Shown here: positions 19,170 through 29,174 of the stretch, one piece after another
Position numbering within the stretch: the stretch's first letter is position 1
How the letters are laid out: every line of letters starts with the position of its first letter
Origin: Bacteroidota bacterium
Lineage (GTDB): Bacteria; Bacteroidota; Bacteroidia; JAADEI01
Direction: 5' to 3'
DNA: 64,000 nt
Assembly: GCA_026992635.1 (NCBI GenBank)
Contig: JALWYU010000108.1
Location: forward strand, 28,072 to 92,071
The notes under the pieces: model-generated
What the model was told of the DNA's origin: nothing
Seen by the model: only the letters and a program-made list of their open reading frames with translations
Database searches by the model: none
Position numbers and translations under genes: made by a program

Positions 19170-20281
19170 CAGCACCCACCACAGCCAGTATGTCGTCGCA
19201 TCCCTGGGTGATCGTAACCGGGGGTGCCGGCTACATTGGCGCACACACGTGTCTGGTATTGCTCACTGCCGGCTATGACGTTGCCGTTCTGGATAACTTT
19301 TCTCGTGCACGACCCTACCTCTTAGACCGACTGGCTCAGGCTTTCCCTAAACGACTGTGGTGGCAAGCCACCGACCTGCGTAACCCCTTCACCCTGCATC
19401 ATACCATCCACCAGTGGATAACCCAAAGGGCAAATCCACCGGTTGCACTCCTCCACTTCGCCGCCCTGAAATCAGTGGGGGAATCCACCCGGAAACCCCT
19501 CCTGTACCACGAGAACAACATCCAGGGTACGCTTACACTGCTTCAGGTGCTGGATGTCCTCCACATCCGAACCTTTGTTTTCTCCTCTACATGCGCTGTG
19601 TATGGACGTGTGGAAACCATGCCGGTACGTGAAGACACACCCTGGACGCTTCCCGAATCCCCCTATGCCACTTCCAAGCAGGCATGTGAATTAATGCTCA
19701 GGGACCTGGCGCTTCACCAGGGATGGCGTGTCGTCTCACTGCGCTATTTTAATCCGGCTGGGGCGGACCCCGCTTGCCGAATTGGCGAACCTCTGTGGCA
19801 TGTCCCCGAAAACCTGTTTCCACGGCTGTGGCTGACTGCCCGTGGTTACCTGCGCCGGTTCACCGTGTATGGCAACCAGTACCCCACACGCGACGGAACG
19901 CCTGTGCGCGACTACATCCACATCATAGACCTGGCAGAAGCGCATGTGGCTGCCCTTCAGTGGATTTGCAGCCAGCCCGAGGGAACCTGGCTCCCCTTAA
20001 ACTTAGGTAGCGGAACCGGATTCACCGTACTGGAAGTCCTGCAAGCCGTAGAACGCGTGACAGGCAAAACCATCCCCTATGAAATCGGAGCGCCGCGTCC
20101 GGGCGACCTCCCCGCAATCTACGCCGACTACCAGCGCGCCGCCCAGACCTTAGGGTGGAAACCCCGCCGATCCCTAGACGACATGATCCGCGATGCCTTC
20201 GCCTGGTTTGACACCATGACGCGCGACCCCGTCTGGCAACCCCTGATCCAGCAAATCATTCAGGAGATCCAGCACCAATGA
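19166..20281 (+). CDS. galE: UDP-glucose 4-epimerase
   Basis: WVIVTGGAGYIGAH Rossmann motif and YxxxK. Full-length similarity to GalE. Confidence 0.9.
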   Translation: MTAPTTASMSSHPWVIVTGGAGYIGAHTCLVLLTAGYDVAVLDNFSRARPYLLDRLAQAFPKRLWWQATDLRNPFTLHHTIHQWITQRANPPVALLHFAALKSVGESTRKPLLYHENNIQGTLTLLQVLDVLHIRTFVFSSTCAVYGRVETMPVREDTPWTLPESPYATSKQACELMLRDLALHQGWRVVSLRYFNPAGADPACRIGEPLWHVPENLFPRLWLTARGYLRRFTVYGNQYPTRDGTPVRDYIHIIDLAEAHVAALQWICSQPEGTWLPLNLGSGTGFTVLEVLQAVERVTGKTIPYEIGAPRPGDLPAIYADYQRAAQTLGWKPRRSLDDMIRDAFAWFDTMTRDPVWQPLIQQIIQEIQHQ

Positions 20282-20986
20282 GACGCTTCCCCCCTTCCAA
20301 ACGCCATACAGTGCGCATCATTACCAGTGAGGACCCCCCTCTGGGACTGTGCCACCCCACCGGGGCGATCGTCTTGGTGGACAAACCACCGGGATATACT
20401 TCCCGCCAGATCGCCAACATCATCCAGCAACTGTGCCATCAGAAAACCGGGCATGGCGGCACCCTGGACCCGTTCGCCTCAGGATTGCTCATCCTCGCTA
20501 CCGGTAAGCACACACGTTACCTGTCCGAATTCCAGCAAGCACCCAAAACCTACTCGGGTAAAGGTGTGCTGGGTATTCAGACCACGACGGGCGATCCCGA
20601 AGGCGAAATCCTTCAAATTGCCCCCCGCCTATTCTGCCATTAAGGTTGGGGGTAGGCGCGCGTATGAGCTGGCACGACAACGCCAGCCCGTTTCATTACC
20701 CCCGAGAAGGGTCACCATTTATCAGCTGGAGCTCCGTGATTTTACACCGTGGACACCTCCTCAGTCCTTAGAATCGTCGGGTCCCTTCTGGCAGTTTTCT
20801 TTTTATGTGCATTGTAGCAAGGGGACGTACATTCGCAGTCTCATTGAAGAGATTGGCAGGCGCCTGCACTCCTGTGCTTTTACGCTTCAGTTGCGGCGAC
20901 TTGCCATTGGTGAATGGCATGTTTGCCAGGCGTGGTCGTTTCCTCGGCTGGTCGCCGCATTGAAAACGCAGACGGATGCCCGTTAA
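20278..20986 (+). pseudogene. truB: tRNA pseudouridine(55) synthase TruB, interrupted by a single-nucleotide frameshift at about 20617-20626 (C6 run)
   Basis: Frame 1 (20278..20643) encodes the N-terminal catalytic part (VDKPPGYTS...GTLDPFASGLL...) and ends GEILQIAPRLFCH*. Frame 2 continues with the conserved LPPAYSAIKVGGRRAYE. The two frames join at attgCCCCCCgcc. Confidence 0.6.
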
Positions 20987-22166
20987 GGTTGCCTGTCTTT
21001 ATGTGGAGGAGGTTTCGTCAGGAGAGGATGTCCGACCTCGCATCCATTTGTATTCGGGCTTTGCCCATTCGCAATCGCTATTTCCAGAGCGGGAAACACA
21101 CCCTTTCCCGCAGGGGTCTGTACTGGTTTTGGGCGTAATGGATGGCGTTCACCGTGGACATCAGCACCTCATACAGGCAGGCAGAGAGGTGGCGCGAAGG
21201 GAGGGGCGCCCCCTTGTCGTCAGTACCTTTGTCCCGCATCCGGGCACACTCCTCCAGAAGCGACGCCATTTCCTGTTGACACTTCCTGAGGAACGCTTCC
21301 TTCTTTTTGAAGCGCTGGGCATCCAGTATGTCCTCCTGTTTGTATTTACTGAGGCGCTTGCACGATTGACGCCTCATCAGTTCGTTGACGAGGTCCTGGG
21401 CAAAACCCTTGCCCCCGCCCATATCGTTACCGGTGAGAATTTCCGATTTGGCTATCGGGCACAGGGCACTGCCTCCCACCTGAAAGCCTTAACCCGCCAG
21501 ATAGGCATTCAAACGCATGTGTTTCCGCTGGTCCACCAGGCTGACCACCCCATCAGTTCTTCACGTGTCCGACACCTGATTCAGGCTGGCGCCATTCAGT
21601 CGGCAAACGCTCTGCTGGGTTACCCCTGGTTTCTGACTGGCAAAGTGGTTCAGGGCGATCAGATAGGACGACGATACCTCGTGCCCACTGCCAATCTCCA
21701 TCTTCCCGAGGGGAAGCTCCACCTTGCTCCGGGTATTTATGGCGGGTGGGTGCAGTGTCAGTCGGATGGCTCCCCACAGCCCGCCGCCATCTACGTCGGA
21801 CAACGCCCAACCCTGAGGCAACACACAGATGGACAACGCCCAGTCCCGCCTTCAACGGACAGTATCCCACGCGTTGAAGTTCACCTGCTGGACGCCGCCA
21901 GTGAGCCCAACCTCTATGAGCAATGGCTCCGCGTGTTCATCCAATTTCGCGTGCGTTCCGATGAACGTTTCCCAACACTCACGCACCTGGCACGCCAGAT
22001 CCAGGAGGATCTCCATGTCATTCGCCAGCAACTCAGTACACCCGAGGCGGCACTCTCCCGGCAAATTGCCCCTTCACTGCAAGCGCTCATTGATTTACCA
22101 GTTCGTCCTGTTCGGTCGGAACCCGACATCGTCAACCTGTGCTTTAACTCGCCAGCCCCCACCTGA
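20976..22166 (+). CDS. ribF: bifunctional riboflavin kinase / FMN adenylyltransferase
   Basis: LVLGVMDGVHRGHQHL (FAD synthetase HxGH-type motif) and a C-terminal riboflavin kinase domain (PTANLHLPEGKLHLAPGIYGGWV). The true start is likely downstream of 20976, and there is a C-terminal extension. Confidence 0.85.
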   Translation: MPVKVACLYVEEVSSGEDVRPRIHLYSGFAHSQSLFPERETHPFPQGSVLVLGVMDGVHRGHQHLIQAGREVARREGRPLVVSTFVPHPGTLLQKRRHFLLTLPEERFLLFEALGIQYVLLFVFTEALARLTPHQFVDEVLGKTLAPAHIVTGENFRFGYRAQGTASHLKALTRQIGIQTHVFPLVHQADHPISSSRVRHLIQAGAIQSANALLGYPWFLTGKVVQGDQIGRRYLVPTANLHLPEGKLHLAPGIYGGWVQCQSDGSPQPAAIYVGQRPTLRQHTDGQRPVPPSTDSIPRVEVHLLDAASEPNLYEQWLRVFIQFRVRSDERFPTLTHLARQIQEDLHVIRQQLSTPEAALSRQIAPSLQALIDLPVRPVRSEPDIVNLCFNSPAPT

Positions 22167-22189
22167 CCTGCCATCAGACGAGCAAGGAA

Positions 22190-23194
22190 TTGGGAACTTT
22201 CCTGTTCAACCTTCTTTTTCTTCCAAAAAACTCCTGGTTGCGAAAAGGCGGGCACCCAGCCAAACACGCACTGACCATGGATAACGACCCATTCGCCCTG
22301 GCAGACGTCCGGTGGGCGACCACCCTCTACCAGCTCATCCGAACCGTAGACCTGGAAGCCCTCCTCTTCATAGACATAGAAACCGTGCCCGAGTACAACA
22401 GCTACGACGAACTGAAAAAACACAATCCACGAAAAGCCCAGCTCTGGGAAGAGAAGTTTAACCATTCTACTCGCCTCCAGCAAAAATACCAGTCTGCCGA
22501 AGAAGCTTACATTCACGAAGCCGGCATCTTCCCCGAATTTGGCAAGGTCATTGTCATTGGCATAGGCGCTTACGCACGCAACACCGAGAACAACAAAAGC
22601 AGTGATTATCAGCTCCGTGTTCGGGTTGCGGGCTCCTCCGACGAACACAAACTCCTGAACGACTTTACCAGTCTCCTCAAGCAAGGAGGACGCTTCCCAC
22701 GGCGCACCCAGGTCTGGCAAAACCAGAATGCAGCCCGACCTGCCCGCTTCCCCACCAACGCTCTTTACTTAGTTGGGCACAACATTCGCGAGTTTGACGT
22801 GCCTTTCTTAGCGCGTCGCCTCCTCATTGCCAATCAGGAGCTCCCTCCCCTCCTCCAGATTGCCGGAATGCGCCCCTGGCAAATCCTCCACCTCATTGAC
22901 ACAATGGAACTCTGGCAGTTTGGCGACCAGCGCGGATACATCTCCTTAGACCTGCTCACCTGCACCTTAGACATCCCTTCGCCCAAACAGCATATGCGCG
23001 GCAAAGACGTATTCACCTATTATCTGCAGGGCAAGTGGGAGGACCTTCTCAACTATTGCGCACAAGACGTCATTGCCCTGGCTCAGATCGTACGCCGCTT
23101 CCAGGGCATGCAACTTCTGGATATCAACAAGGACATTGATATCCAGCGAGTCAACCTGGACGAATCGGACAAGAACGACGAGGAGAACAAATAA
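22190..23194 (+). CDS. predicted 3'-5' exonuclease related to the PolB exonuclease domain (DEDD-type)
   Basis: FIDIETVP (Exo I), LVGHNIREFDVPFL (Exo II) and YCAQDVIALAQI (Exo III, YxxxD). The probable start is MDNDPF at about 22277. Confidence 0.7.
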   Translation: MGTFLFNLLFLPKNSWLRKGGHPAKHALTMDNDPFALADVRWATTLYQLIRTVDLEALLFIDIETVPEYNSYDELKKHNPRKAQLWEEKFNHSTRLQQKYQSAEEAYIHEAGIFPEFGKVIVIGIGAYARNTENNKSSDYQLRVRVAGSSDEHKLLNDFTSLLKQGGRFPRRTQVWQNQNAARPARFPTNALYLVGHNIREFDVPFLARRLLIANQELPPLLQIAGMRPWQILHLIDTMELWQFGDQRGYISLDLLTCTLDIPSPKQHMRGKDVFTYYLQGKWEDLLNYCAQDVIALAQIVRRFQGMQLLDINKDIDIQRVNLDESDKNDEENK

Positions 23195-23197
23195 CCT

Positions 23198-24268
23198 TCA
23201 CCGGGCAGACCGAACCCGCGCATGCACAATTTGCAGGCGTAACTCTGGCGTGTGCATCAATTCACGGGTTAGCCACCGGGCAAACTCCTCATAAGGCATA
23301 CCTGGCGGCACATACCGGTAAAGGGGGACTTTCAAGCGGGGGAGGGCAAAGGGCTTGGTGCTGAACACTAAGAACAGTGTGAGGATGCCATGGGCATCCC
23401 GCGAATAATACCAGGAGCCTTCCTCTGGCTCGTCAAATAAAACATGCTCGCCCGAAGATAATTGTGCAGGGGCAGTCAGGTCGCCGCCCAGCGGATAAAT
23501 CAAATACACCGAATCACTGGCGTAACTCCCTATGAACACCGCCAGATAACCCGATTCCAAAAGCCGAAAACGCAAATACAGAGGATCGCCCTCAAGAAAC
23601 GTTTCCCGCGCAACAAAATCTTCATACTGGCAGGGGGCACGCGGACACGCTACCAGTGCCAGCTCCCGTGCCGGTAAGTGCGTCCGCTCACGCGGCAACT
23701 CACAGAACTCCGCACGAATCCGACAAGTGAACTGCGGAACGTCCCCTGTGCACGTCATCACTATGCGGTCCTCCAGCAACCGGCGTAGCAAAAAGTACGA
23801 AGAAACCTGCAGATGTTCCACGGCAACCTGCTCGTCCCGCTGGCCACTCCTTAAATACGTCATGCTCCCAAACAGAAATTGAACCTCCGAAGGCGCATAC
23901 ACCAAGGCATTTTTTATCGCTTCCGAACGACACACACTCTTTGCCTGACGTAGCGTCTGGTCTTCTTCCATTGTGGTTTGCGCCTCACCCTGATACACCT
24001 CACAGCGCATCTTACGGGAAGACGAAGACGTACTGCCCGACCCAACCCCTCCACCACTCTGTGCACCTGAAGAGTACGAGGCAGTAGCAGAGGGCGACGA
24101 CGAACCCATCTCACCCCCCGAGCCCGCACCAGAAGAAGACGACGATGAGACAGAACTCAGCATCCAGCAACCCACCAAAAACGCCAAACCCGAAACCACC
24201 AGCTTCTGAAGCATCCACAGAAATTTTTTATGGCTGAAGAAACGCCAGGACAGGTTGTGCCTCCTCAC
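23198..24268 (-). CDS. hypothetical secreted/membrane protein with a Ser/Gly-rich linker; C-terminal region possibly DUF4384-like
   Basis: N-terminal TM/signal segment (LVVSGLAFLVGCWMLSS), a ~60-aa S/G-rich low-complexity stretch, and a C-terminal beta-rich region (GYLAVFIGSYASDSVYLIYP). It is the last gene of the caspase operon and overlaps the upstream gene by 41 nt. Confidence 0.5.
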   Translation of the reverse strand: MRRHNLSWRFFSHKKFLWMLQKLVVSGLAFLVGCWMLSSVSSSSSSGAGSGGEMGSSSPSATASYSSGAQSGGGVGSGSTSSSSRKMRCEVYQGEAQTTMEEDQTLRQAKSVCRSEAIKNALVYAPSEVQFLFGSMTYLRSGQRDEQVAVEHLQVSSYFLLRRLLEDRIVMTCTGDVPQFTCRIRAEFCELPRERTHLPARELALVACPRAPCQYEDFVARETFLEGDPLYLRFRLLESGYLAVFIGSYASDSVYLIYPLGGDLTAPAQLSSGEHVLFDEPEEGSWYYSRDAHGILTLFLVFSTKPFALPRLKVPLYRYVPPGMPYEEFARWLTRELMHTPELRLQIVHARVRSAR

Positions 24269-24989
24269 CCCAGCGCTCCGTCAGCCGCCTGCCAAACTGC
24301 GTGAGCAATGCCTGGCGCTCTACAGCCAGCGTAATCATGCTTTCACACTGGTTTTTCCGACAGCGCGTCAGATACACTACCCCTTCAAAAGGAACATACA
24401 CCACGAGCCGATACCGTTCATCCTCATCCCATAACGTATTGACCATCTGGTAAAAAAGCTCACGGGGCGGAGGCGAATTGCTCTCCACAAACAGGCGCAT
24501 TAACTCCCCATAAAACCGCGAAAGCAACATATTCACTGCGTCGGTGGTCGCCATCTTTACGGCTTCCTGAACCGAAGCACCCTGCCCCACACCCTCACCC
24601 AATAGATACACAGGACGATTCGCACTATCGCGCGCCAGCCGATATTCCGTGGCTGTACAAATCTGGACGCGCAAAGGTGGCATGCCCGTAACAGATGCCC
24701 AGCCCGCCTGCTTCAACAGGGACGCCTCCCGACGACAAACCGCCTGCTCAACCGACGCCCGACCCGGCGCATACACCTTGATACCCCCCACCTGAAACAG
24801 CAATTTTCTTGCTGACGTGGACGTGTCCCCACCCACCTCAAACAACTCCTTTTCCTGTGAAGCCAGATCCGGCATATTTCCTGCGTCCGGCGTACGAAAA
24901 CCCGGCAAAAACCCAACTATACCCATACCCACCACAAAAAGAAGAGCCCACCGGACACCAACCCGACCGACTGACCAACCACCACCCAT
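24228..24989 (-). CDS. hypothetical secreted protein, LPP20-like (tentative)
   Basis: Signal/TM N-terminus. Contains a ...LLGEGVGQGASVQEAVKMATTDAVNML... pattern reminiscent of LPP20-family lipoproteins. This identification is from memory of the family and is unverified. Confidence 0.45.
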   Translation of the reverse strand: MGGGWSVGRVGVRWALLFVVGMGIVGFLPGFRTPDAGNMPDLASQEKELFEVGGDTSTSARKLLFQVGGIKVYAPGRASVEQAVCRREASLLKQAGWASVTGMPPLRVQICTATEYRLARDSANRPVYLLGEGVGQGASVQEAVKMATTDAVNMLLSRFYGELMRLFVESNSPPPRELFYQMVNTLWDEDERYRLVVYVPFEGVVYLTRCRKNQCESMITLAVERQALLTQFGRRLTERWGEEAQPVLAFLQP

Positions 24990-24997
24990 CTCCCCTT

Positions 24998-25654
24998 CTA
25001 TTCTTCGTCGGGAAACGCTTCCTGCTCCAGCCTGTCCAGTTCCTCCTCAAGAGAACGGGCACGCATACGCAAAAACATATACAGGGTTTGCCGGGCAATC
25101 TCTTCTAAGGTTTGCGAAGGAAAGGCGTAGACGAGCCAGACATCCACCTGGGCAGGGTTCCTGGCAAGGTCCCGTTCACGAACCGCCGCCACCACCGGTT
25201 CACTGGCCGCCATTCGTTGCGCCAGAATCTGACGTGCTTGCTCCTCTAAAAGAAGTTTCTGTTCGTCAGGACGTAAATTGCCCCGGGTAGATTCCAGAAT
25301 GTGCGCGAGAAATGTCTGGTATGCTTGCTGGCGTGCCGTCCGAAACGCCTCGGAAAACGTACCGGAGGCACGTCCCTCACCAAACACATATCCCCCCCGC
25401 TTTTGCATTCGGTAGTAGCGACAGACCTCCTGCTGAAGCGAACCCCACAGACCATGCCAGCCTTCCTGGTAAAGACTTCTTGCCTGGTGCACACAGGATT
25501 TTTTCGCTGCAGGTGGTGCCCAGCCAGCCAGCCCCACCAGAAGCCCACCCATCACCCAGGCAACCAGAACAATCCAGCGCATGACCAGAACCCTTTTAAG
25601 AACTTTCACGTCCGCTGTACCCCTACTCTTTTCGTTTTCTACCGGGCGACGCAC
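24998..25654 (-). CDS. hypothetical secreted protein, LPP20-like (tentative), paralogous in pattern to 24228..24989
   Basis: TM/signal (MRWIVLVAWVMGGLLVGLAGWA), then ...VFGEGRASGTFSEAFRTARQQAYQTF... The C-terminal half is a charged coiled-coil-like region. It overlaps the caspase gene's end by 32 nt. Confidence 0.45.
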   Translation of the reverse strand: MRRPVENEKSRGTADVKVLKRVLVMRWIVLVAWVMGGLLVGLAGWAPPAAKKSCVHQARSLYQEGWHGLWGSLQQEVCRYYRMQKRGGYVFGEGRASGTFSEAFRTARQQAYQTFLAHILESTRGNLRPDEQKLLLEEQARQILAQRMAASEPVVAAVRERDLARNPAQVDVWLVYAFPSQTLEEIARQTLYMFLRMRARSLEEELDRLEQEAFPDEE

Positions 25655-28600
25655 CCGGGATCAGCGGAAACGCCCGCCACACCGGATCCGAATAATGCGT
25701 CACCACGGTTGGCGTCTGCTCTTGACCACGTAACAGCACTTTCCCGAGGGTTTCCATCGTCTGATAGAGCGAATCATACATTGTGCCTAAGGTGAGCGCT
25801 TCAATTTGCCGGCTTTGCTCATGGAGCGTGGCAAGCCATGCATAGGTGAACAATCCGTGCCCTAAGGCATCCGGCGCATACGCACGCTGGTCCCGCGTCA
25901 CCGCACTGAACAGAATGGCGTTCTTCTTGGGAAGTATAGCGGTTTGCCCCTGCTGAATCGGCGGACCTGCCCAGGAAACCGCTTTCTCCTGTGGCGTCTC
26001 CGCACCCGTATAACAGGCATCCACAAAAAGAAGGATCCGTTCGGCTTTGGCTTTACTGAGCCGATCTACAATCTCGGCAATAGAAATCAACCCCATAGAA
26101 GGTTCAATAGGTGACAGATCCACCGGGACAAACGAGGGTTGTTTCGTGCCGGGATGCGGTAACCCATGCCCCCGATAGTAGAAAAAGATGTAGGAAGCAT
26201 TTTGCGCACGCTGGGCAAACTCCTGAAGCGCTTTCCGAAATTGCATTGCCGTCAGGTTCTTGTACAGGAATACGTAATTGGGCGGAATACCCAATACCGC
26301 CTGGAAGTATTTGGCGACGAGCTCGCCATCGCGCTCGGCAAACTTCAGGTCGTACCCTCCCATGTAATCCTGATTGACAATGACCAGGGCATAGCAATTG
26401 GGGCAGGTGGCTTGCGTCGCCGGCACCTGCGCCAGATTGATCGGCTGGAAAGGTAACGCCTCCCGCAAATTAATTCGCAGATGCATGGGCTTGCCACTCA
26501 CATCCGTCACCTTGAGGAGGAGCGCCTCGTCCAGTCCCGGCTTCAAGCGCATACCAAAGGAGATCTGTACCGAGCTGGCTGGTCCCAGCAGATCTATTTC
26601 TTTTGGCTGGGGTGCCGACAGGTAAAGCTGATTCCGATAGGCGGGGGGCACCACCAGCGCTAAGCGCAATCCGCGGGCAACCACACTCCCTTCATTCACC
26701 AGGTTCAAATACACACGGACGTACTCATTGGGCTCGGCAATCTGGTTCTGGTTGCCGCTGACTTCCTGAATGTGCGAGACCACCACTTTCAGGTCAGGTT
26801 GCCGATACGGACGAACGCGCAAGGTCAGACGATTCGCATGATCTTCACTGAACTGCTTGGCGCGCAATCCAATAGACAGACGCGTTTCACATTCCTGACC
26901 GTGCAGGCTTTGGGGCTTGAGGGCAATTTTAAACGTGTGCGTTGCACCCGGTGCCAAATACGCCAGACGCAACGTCTCCGCACGAATGCACAGGGGTTCT
27001 GGCGAAAGAATCACGCGCACATTCCGTGCGGCGCCCTGCCCCGTATTCTGCACCCGAACATGCAGAAGTACTTTCTCGTATTCGTCTATGATGTCATCTG
27101 ACCACGTTTCCTCCACAAAAACCGTATCCAGATGAAGGTAAGGTGGATAGCGTGAAGCCCAGAACTGCATGGTTTTGAGCTTATTCTCCAGGACTTCACC
27201 CGAAGCCATACAGGGATGATTCCGCATATGGGGTACAGTTGGCGCGAGAAACCAGCGAGCACTGTCTTCTATTCGGAAAGCGTATCCAATGGGTATGGTG
27301 TCCCCCTCCCAGTTGAGCCCCCAAACGGCGTAAGCCTGCGTCTCATGCCAGCGCGCCTTAAACTGGCGGGCTTCCTCTAAGGGAATATACAGGCGAAGCA
27401 ATTGTCCGTCAATCTGCGCAGGAAAGAACTGTTCATCAGGATTGTAACGCTCCACCTGCTGGATCGTCGCAGGCTCCAGCATACAGTAGTGGACCAGGCG
27501 TTTCTGTGCCAGCTCATACGCATTCTCTAGGAATGACCGCCACGTAGAACAGGCAAGCTGGCGCGCACGACGCCGACGTGCTTCATATTCCTGGCGGGGC
27601 TCAAACTCGCCACGGGGCGCAAACAACTGGGCGTGCGCACGCCACACCGCCTGCAAACTGTCCTGGAGGAACGTCGCCAGAATATGCATCCGCATGTGTT
27701 TGTCGTGCAGTTGTTCACGTATACAGGCTTCTGGCGAAGGACTGACTCCCCTGACAACCTGAACACAACACTTGTGAATCAACGCGTCGGAAACCGACAA
27801 CCACTCCGTAAGCAAATCCGAACAATAAGTTTGCAAAATCGTATCGGACATGTGCATAAAGATGGTGGGTGTCATCCGGTGAAGGGGATACAGGAAGACG
27901 CGTGCCTGATCGCCCGCCACCGCCAGCCATAAACCCTGTGGAGCAAATGCTAAGGTATGCACAGTGGTCAGAGGCGTCTTGAGCGTTTCTACCGTAAGCG
28001 ACATGGGCTGGACTTTCCATCGGGGACGACGACGCCTGCCCCGACGGGAAACTTCCTGATATTGAGCCCGTTGCTTCTGACGCTGAAGATCCCGTTCAAA
28101 ATTCCATAAAAAGACCATGTGGCTTTCGCCACCCACCGCTAAGATCCTGCCCGTCGGATCTAAAGCCAAGGCACGAACACGTGCCGGACTGAACTCCGAA
28201 AAAGAAAAGGTCAGGAGCTCCCGGGCTTGCACTTGGGTACCCACGCGATCCGCAAGCACACGCCACAAATAGACGTCCCCATCACTGCCCCCCGAAAAAA
28301 GCATTGCCCCATCGGAAGTCCACACTAATGCATGCACCCAGCCCAAATGCGCGGAGATCTTTCCCAGATAAAGGATGCTGTCCAGGTGTTCCGTGTCCAG
28401 ATAAAGAATATGAATGTTGCCGGTGTGGGCGCCTACCGCCAGAAGCTTCCGCTGAGAGGTATAGCTCATTGCCGTGAGCCAGAGCCAATCCCCCAGACCA
28501 ATGGTTTTAATCAGCTGGCGCGTCCGCGCATCGCGCACCTCCAGCACGCCATCCTCCCTGCCCAAAAGGAAAATCCGATTCAGCGCAAGAACCGCCGTGT

Positions 28601-29087
28601 ACTGCAGTTGCGTTTTCAGGTCAGGAATAAAAAATGTGCCACTGCCCTGTTTCCAGTAGCGGACCTGCCCATTCGTAAGCAAAACAAGGAAATAATCCCC
28701 TCGCGGAGAGGGACTGACCTTCCGAATGGACTGGGCAAACGCCCGATGGACAAACGGATGGAGGTTGGGCACTTTCCCTTTCCAGACGTTGATGCCTCCG
28801 GGACGCGTCACCGCCACAAACCAGTCTTTGCACGGCAGGAAAAACACGGATTGGACGGGCGCACCCTCTGTGCCACGGACCGCGCGCGTCGTGAGCGTAA
28901 CGGCTTCTTCCATAGACCGGGCGTCCGAAGCAGACGCCACAGCCCGATACCCCACCAGAGAGACATACATCCAGAAAGCCACACCAAACATCAGCAATCG
29001 CACCAGAAATCCCCTGCTGCAGGAACTGGGTGACCAGCCCAATTGCGTGCCCCTGAGTTTTCCTGGCTTTTCTTCTCTGGGTGGCAT
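25623..29087 (-). CDS. large membrane-anchored WD40-repeat protein with a C-terminal caspase-like (peptidase C14) domain
   Basis: N-terminal TM segment (FLVRLLMFGVAFWMYVSLVG) and WD40-like repeats (GHTGNIHILYLD..., SGGSDGDVYLWRV, ...LWNF). C-terminal caspase hallmarks: YALVIVNQDY, FFYYRGHG (catalytic His-Gly) and ILLFVDACYTG (catalytic Cys). Confidence 0.8.
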   Translation of the reverse strand: MPPREEKPGKLRGTQLGWSPSSCSRGFLVRLLMFGVAFWMYVSLVGYRAVASASDARSMEEAVTLTTRAVRGTEGAPVQSVFFLPCKDWFVAVTRPGGINVWKGKVPNLHPFVHRAFAQSIRKVSPSPRGDYFLVLLTNGQVRYWKQGSGTFFIPDLKTQLQYTAVLALNRIFLLGREDGVLEVRDARTRQLIKTIGLGDWLWLTAMSYTSQRKLLAVGAHTGNIHILYLDTEHLDSILYLGKISAHLGWVHALVWTSDGAMLFSGGSDGDVYLWRVLADRVGTQVQARELLTFSFSEFSPARVRALALDPTGRILAVGGESHMVFLWNFERDLQRQKQRAQYQEVSRRGRRRRPRWKVQPMSLTVETLKTPLTTVHTLAFAPQGLWLAVAGDQARVFLYPLHRMTPTIFMHMSDTILQTYCSDLLTEWLSVSDALIHKCCVQVVRGVSPSPEACIREQLHDKHMRMHILATFLQDSLQAVWRAHAQLFAPRGEFEPRQEYEARRRRARQLACSTWRSFLENAYELAQKRLVHYCMLEPATIQQVERYNPDEQFFPAQIDGQLLRLYIPLEEARQFKARWHETQAYAVWGLNWEGDTIPIGYAFRIEDSARWFLAPTVPHMRNHPCMASGEVLENKLKTMQFWASRYPPYLHLDTVFVEETWSDDIIDEYEKVLLHVRVQNTGQGAARNVRVILSPEPLCIRAETLRLAYLAPGATHTFKIALKPQSLHGQECETRLSIGLRAKQFSEDHANRLTLRVRPYRQPDLKVVVSHIQEVSGNQNQIAEPNEYVRVYLNLVNEGSVVARGLRLALVVPPAYRNQLYLSAPQPKEIDLLGPASSVQISFGMRLKPGLDEALLLKVTDVSGKPMHLRINLREALPFQPINLAQVPATQATCPNCYALVIVNQDYMGGYDLKFAERDGELVAKYFQAVLGIPPNYVFLYKNLTAMQFRKALQEFAQRAQNASYIFFYYRGHGLPHPGTKQPSFVPVDLSPIEPSMGLISIAEIVDRLSKAKAERILLFVDACYTGAETPQEKAVSWAGPPIQQGQTAILPKKNAILFSAVTRDQRAYAPDALGHGLFTYAWLATLHEQSRQIEALTLGTMYDSLYQTMETLGKVLLRGQEQTPTVVTHYSDPVWRAFPLIPGASPGRKRKE

Positions 29088-29174
29088 CGGTCGGAACTGT
29101 TTCAGGCAGACTACCTATTGCAGAGGACTATGCAAAAACCGTGCCAGAAACCCTTCAAAAATTCGCACCTTTGC

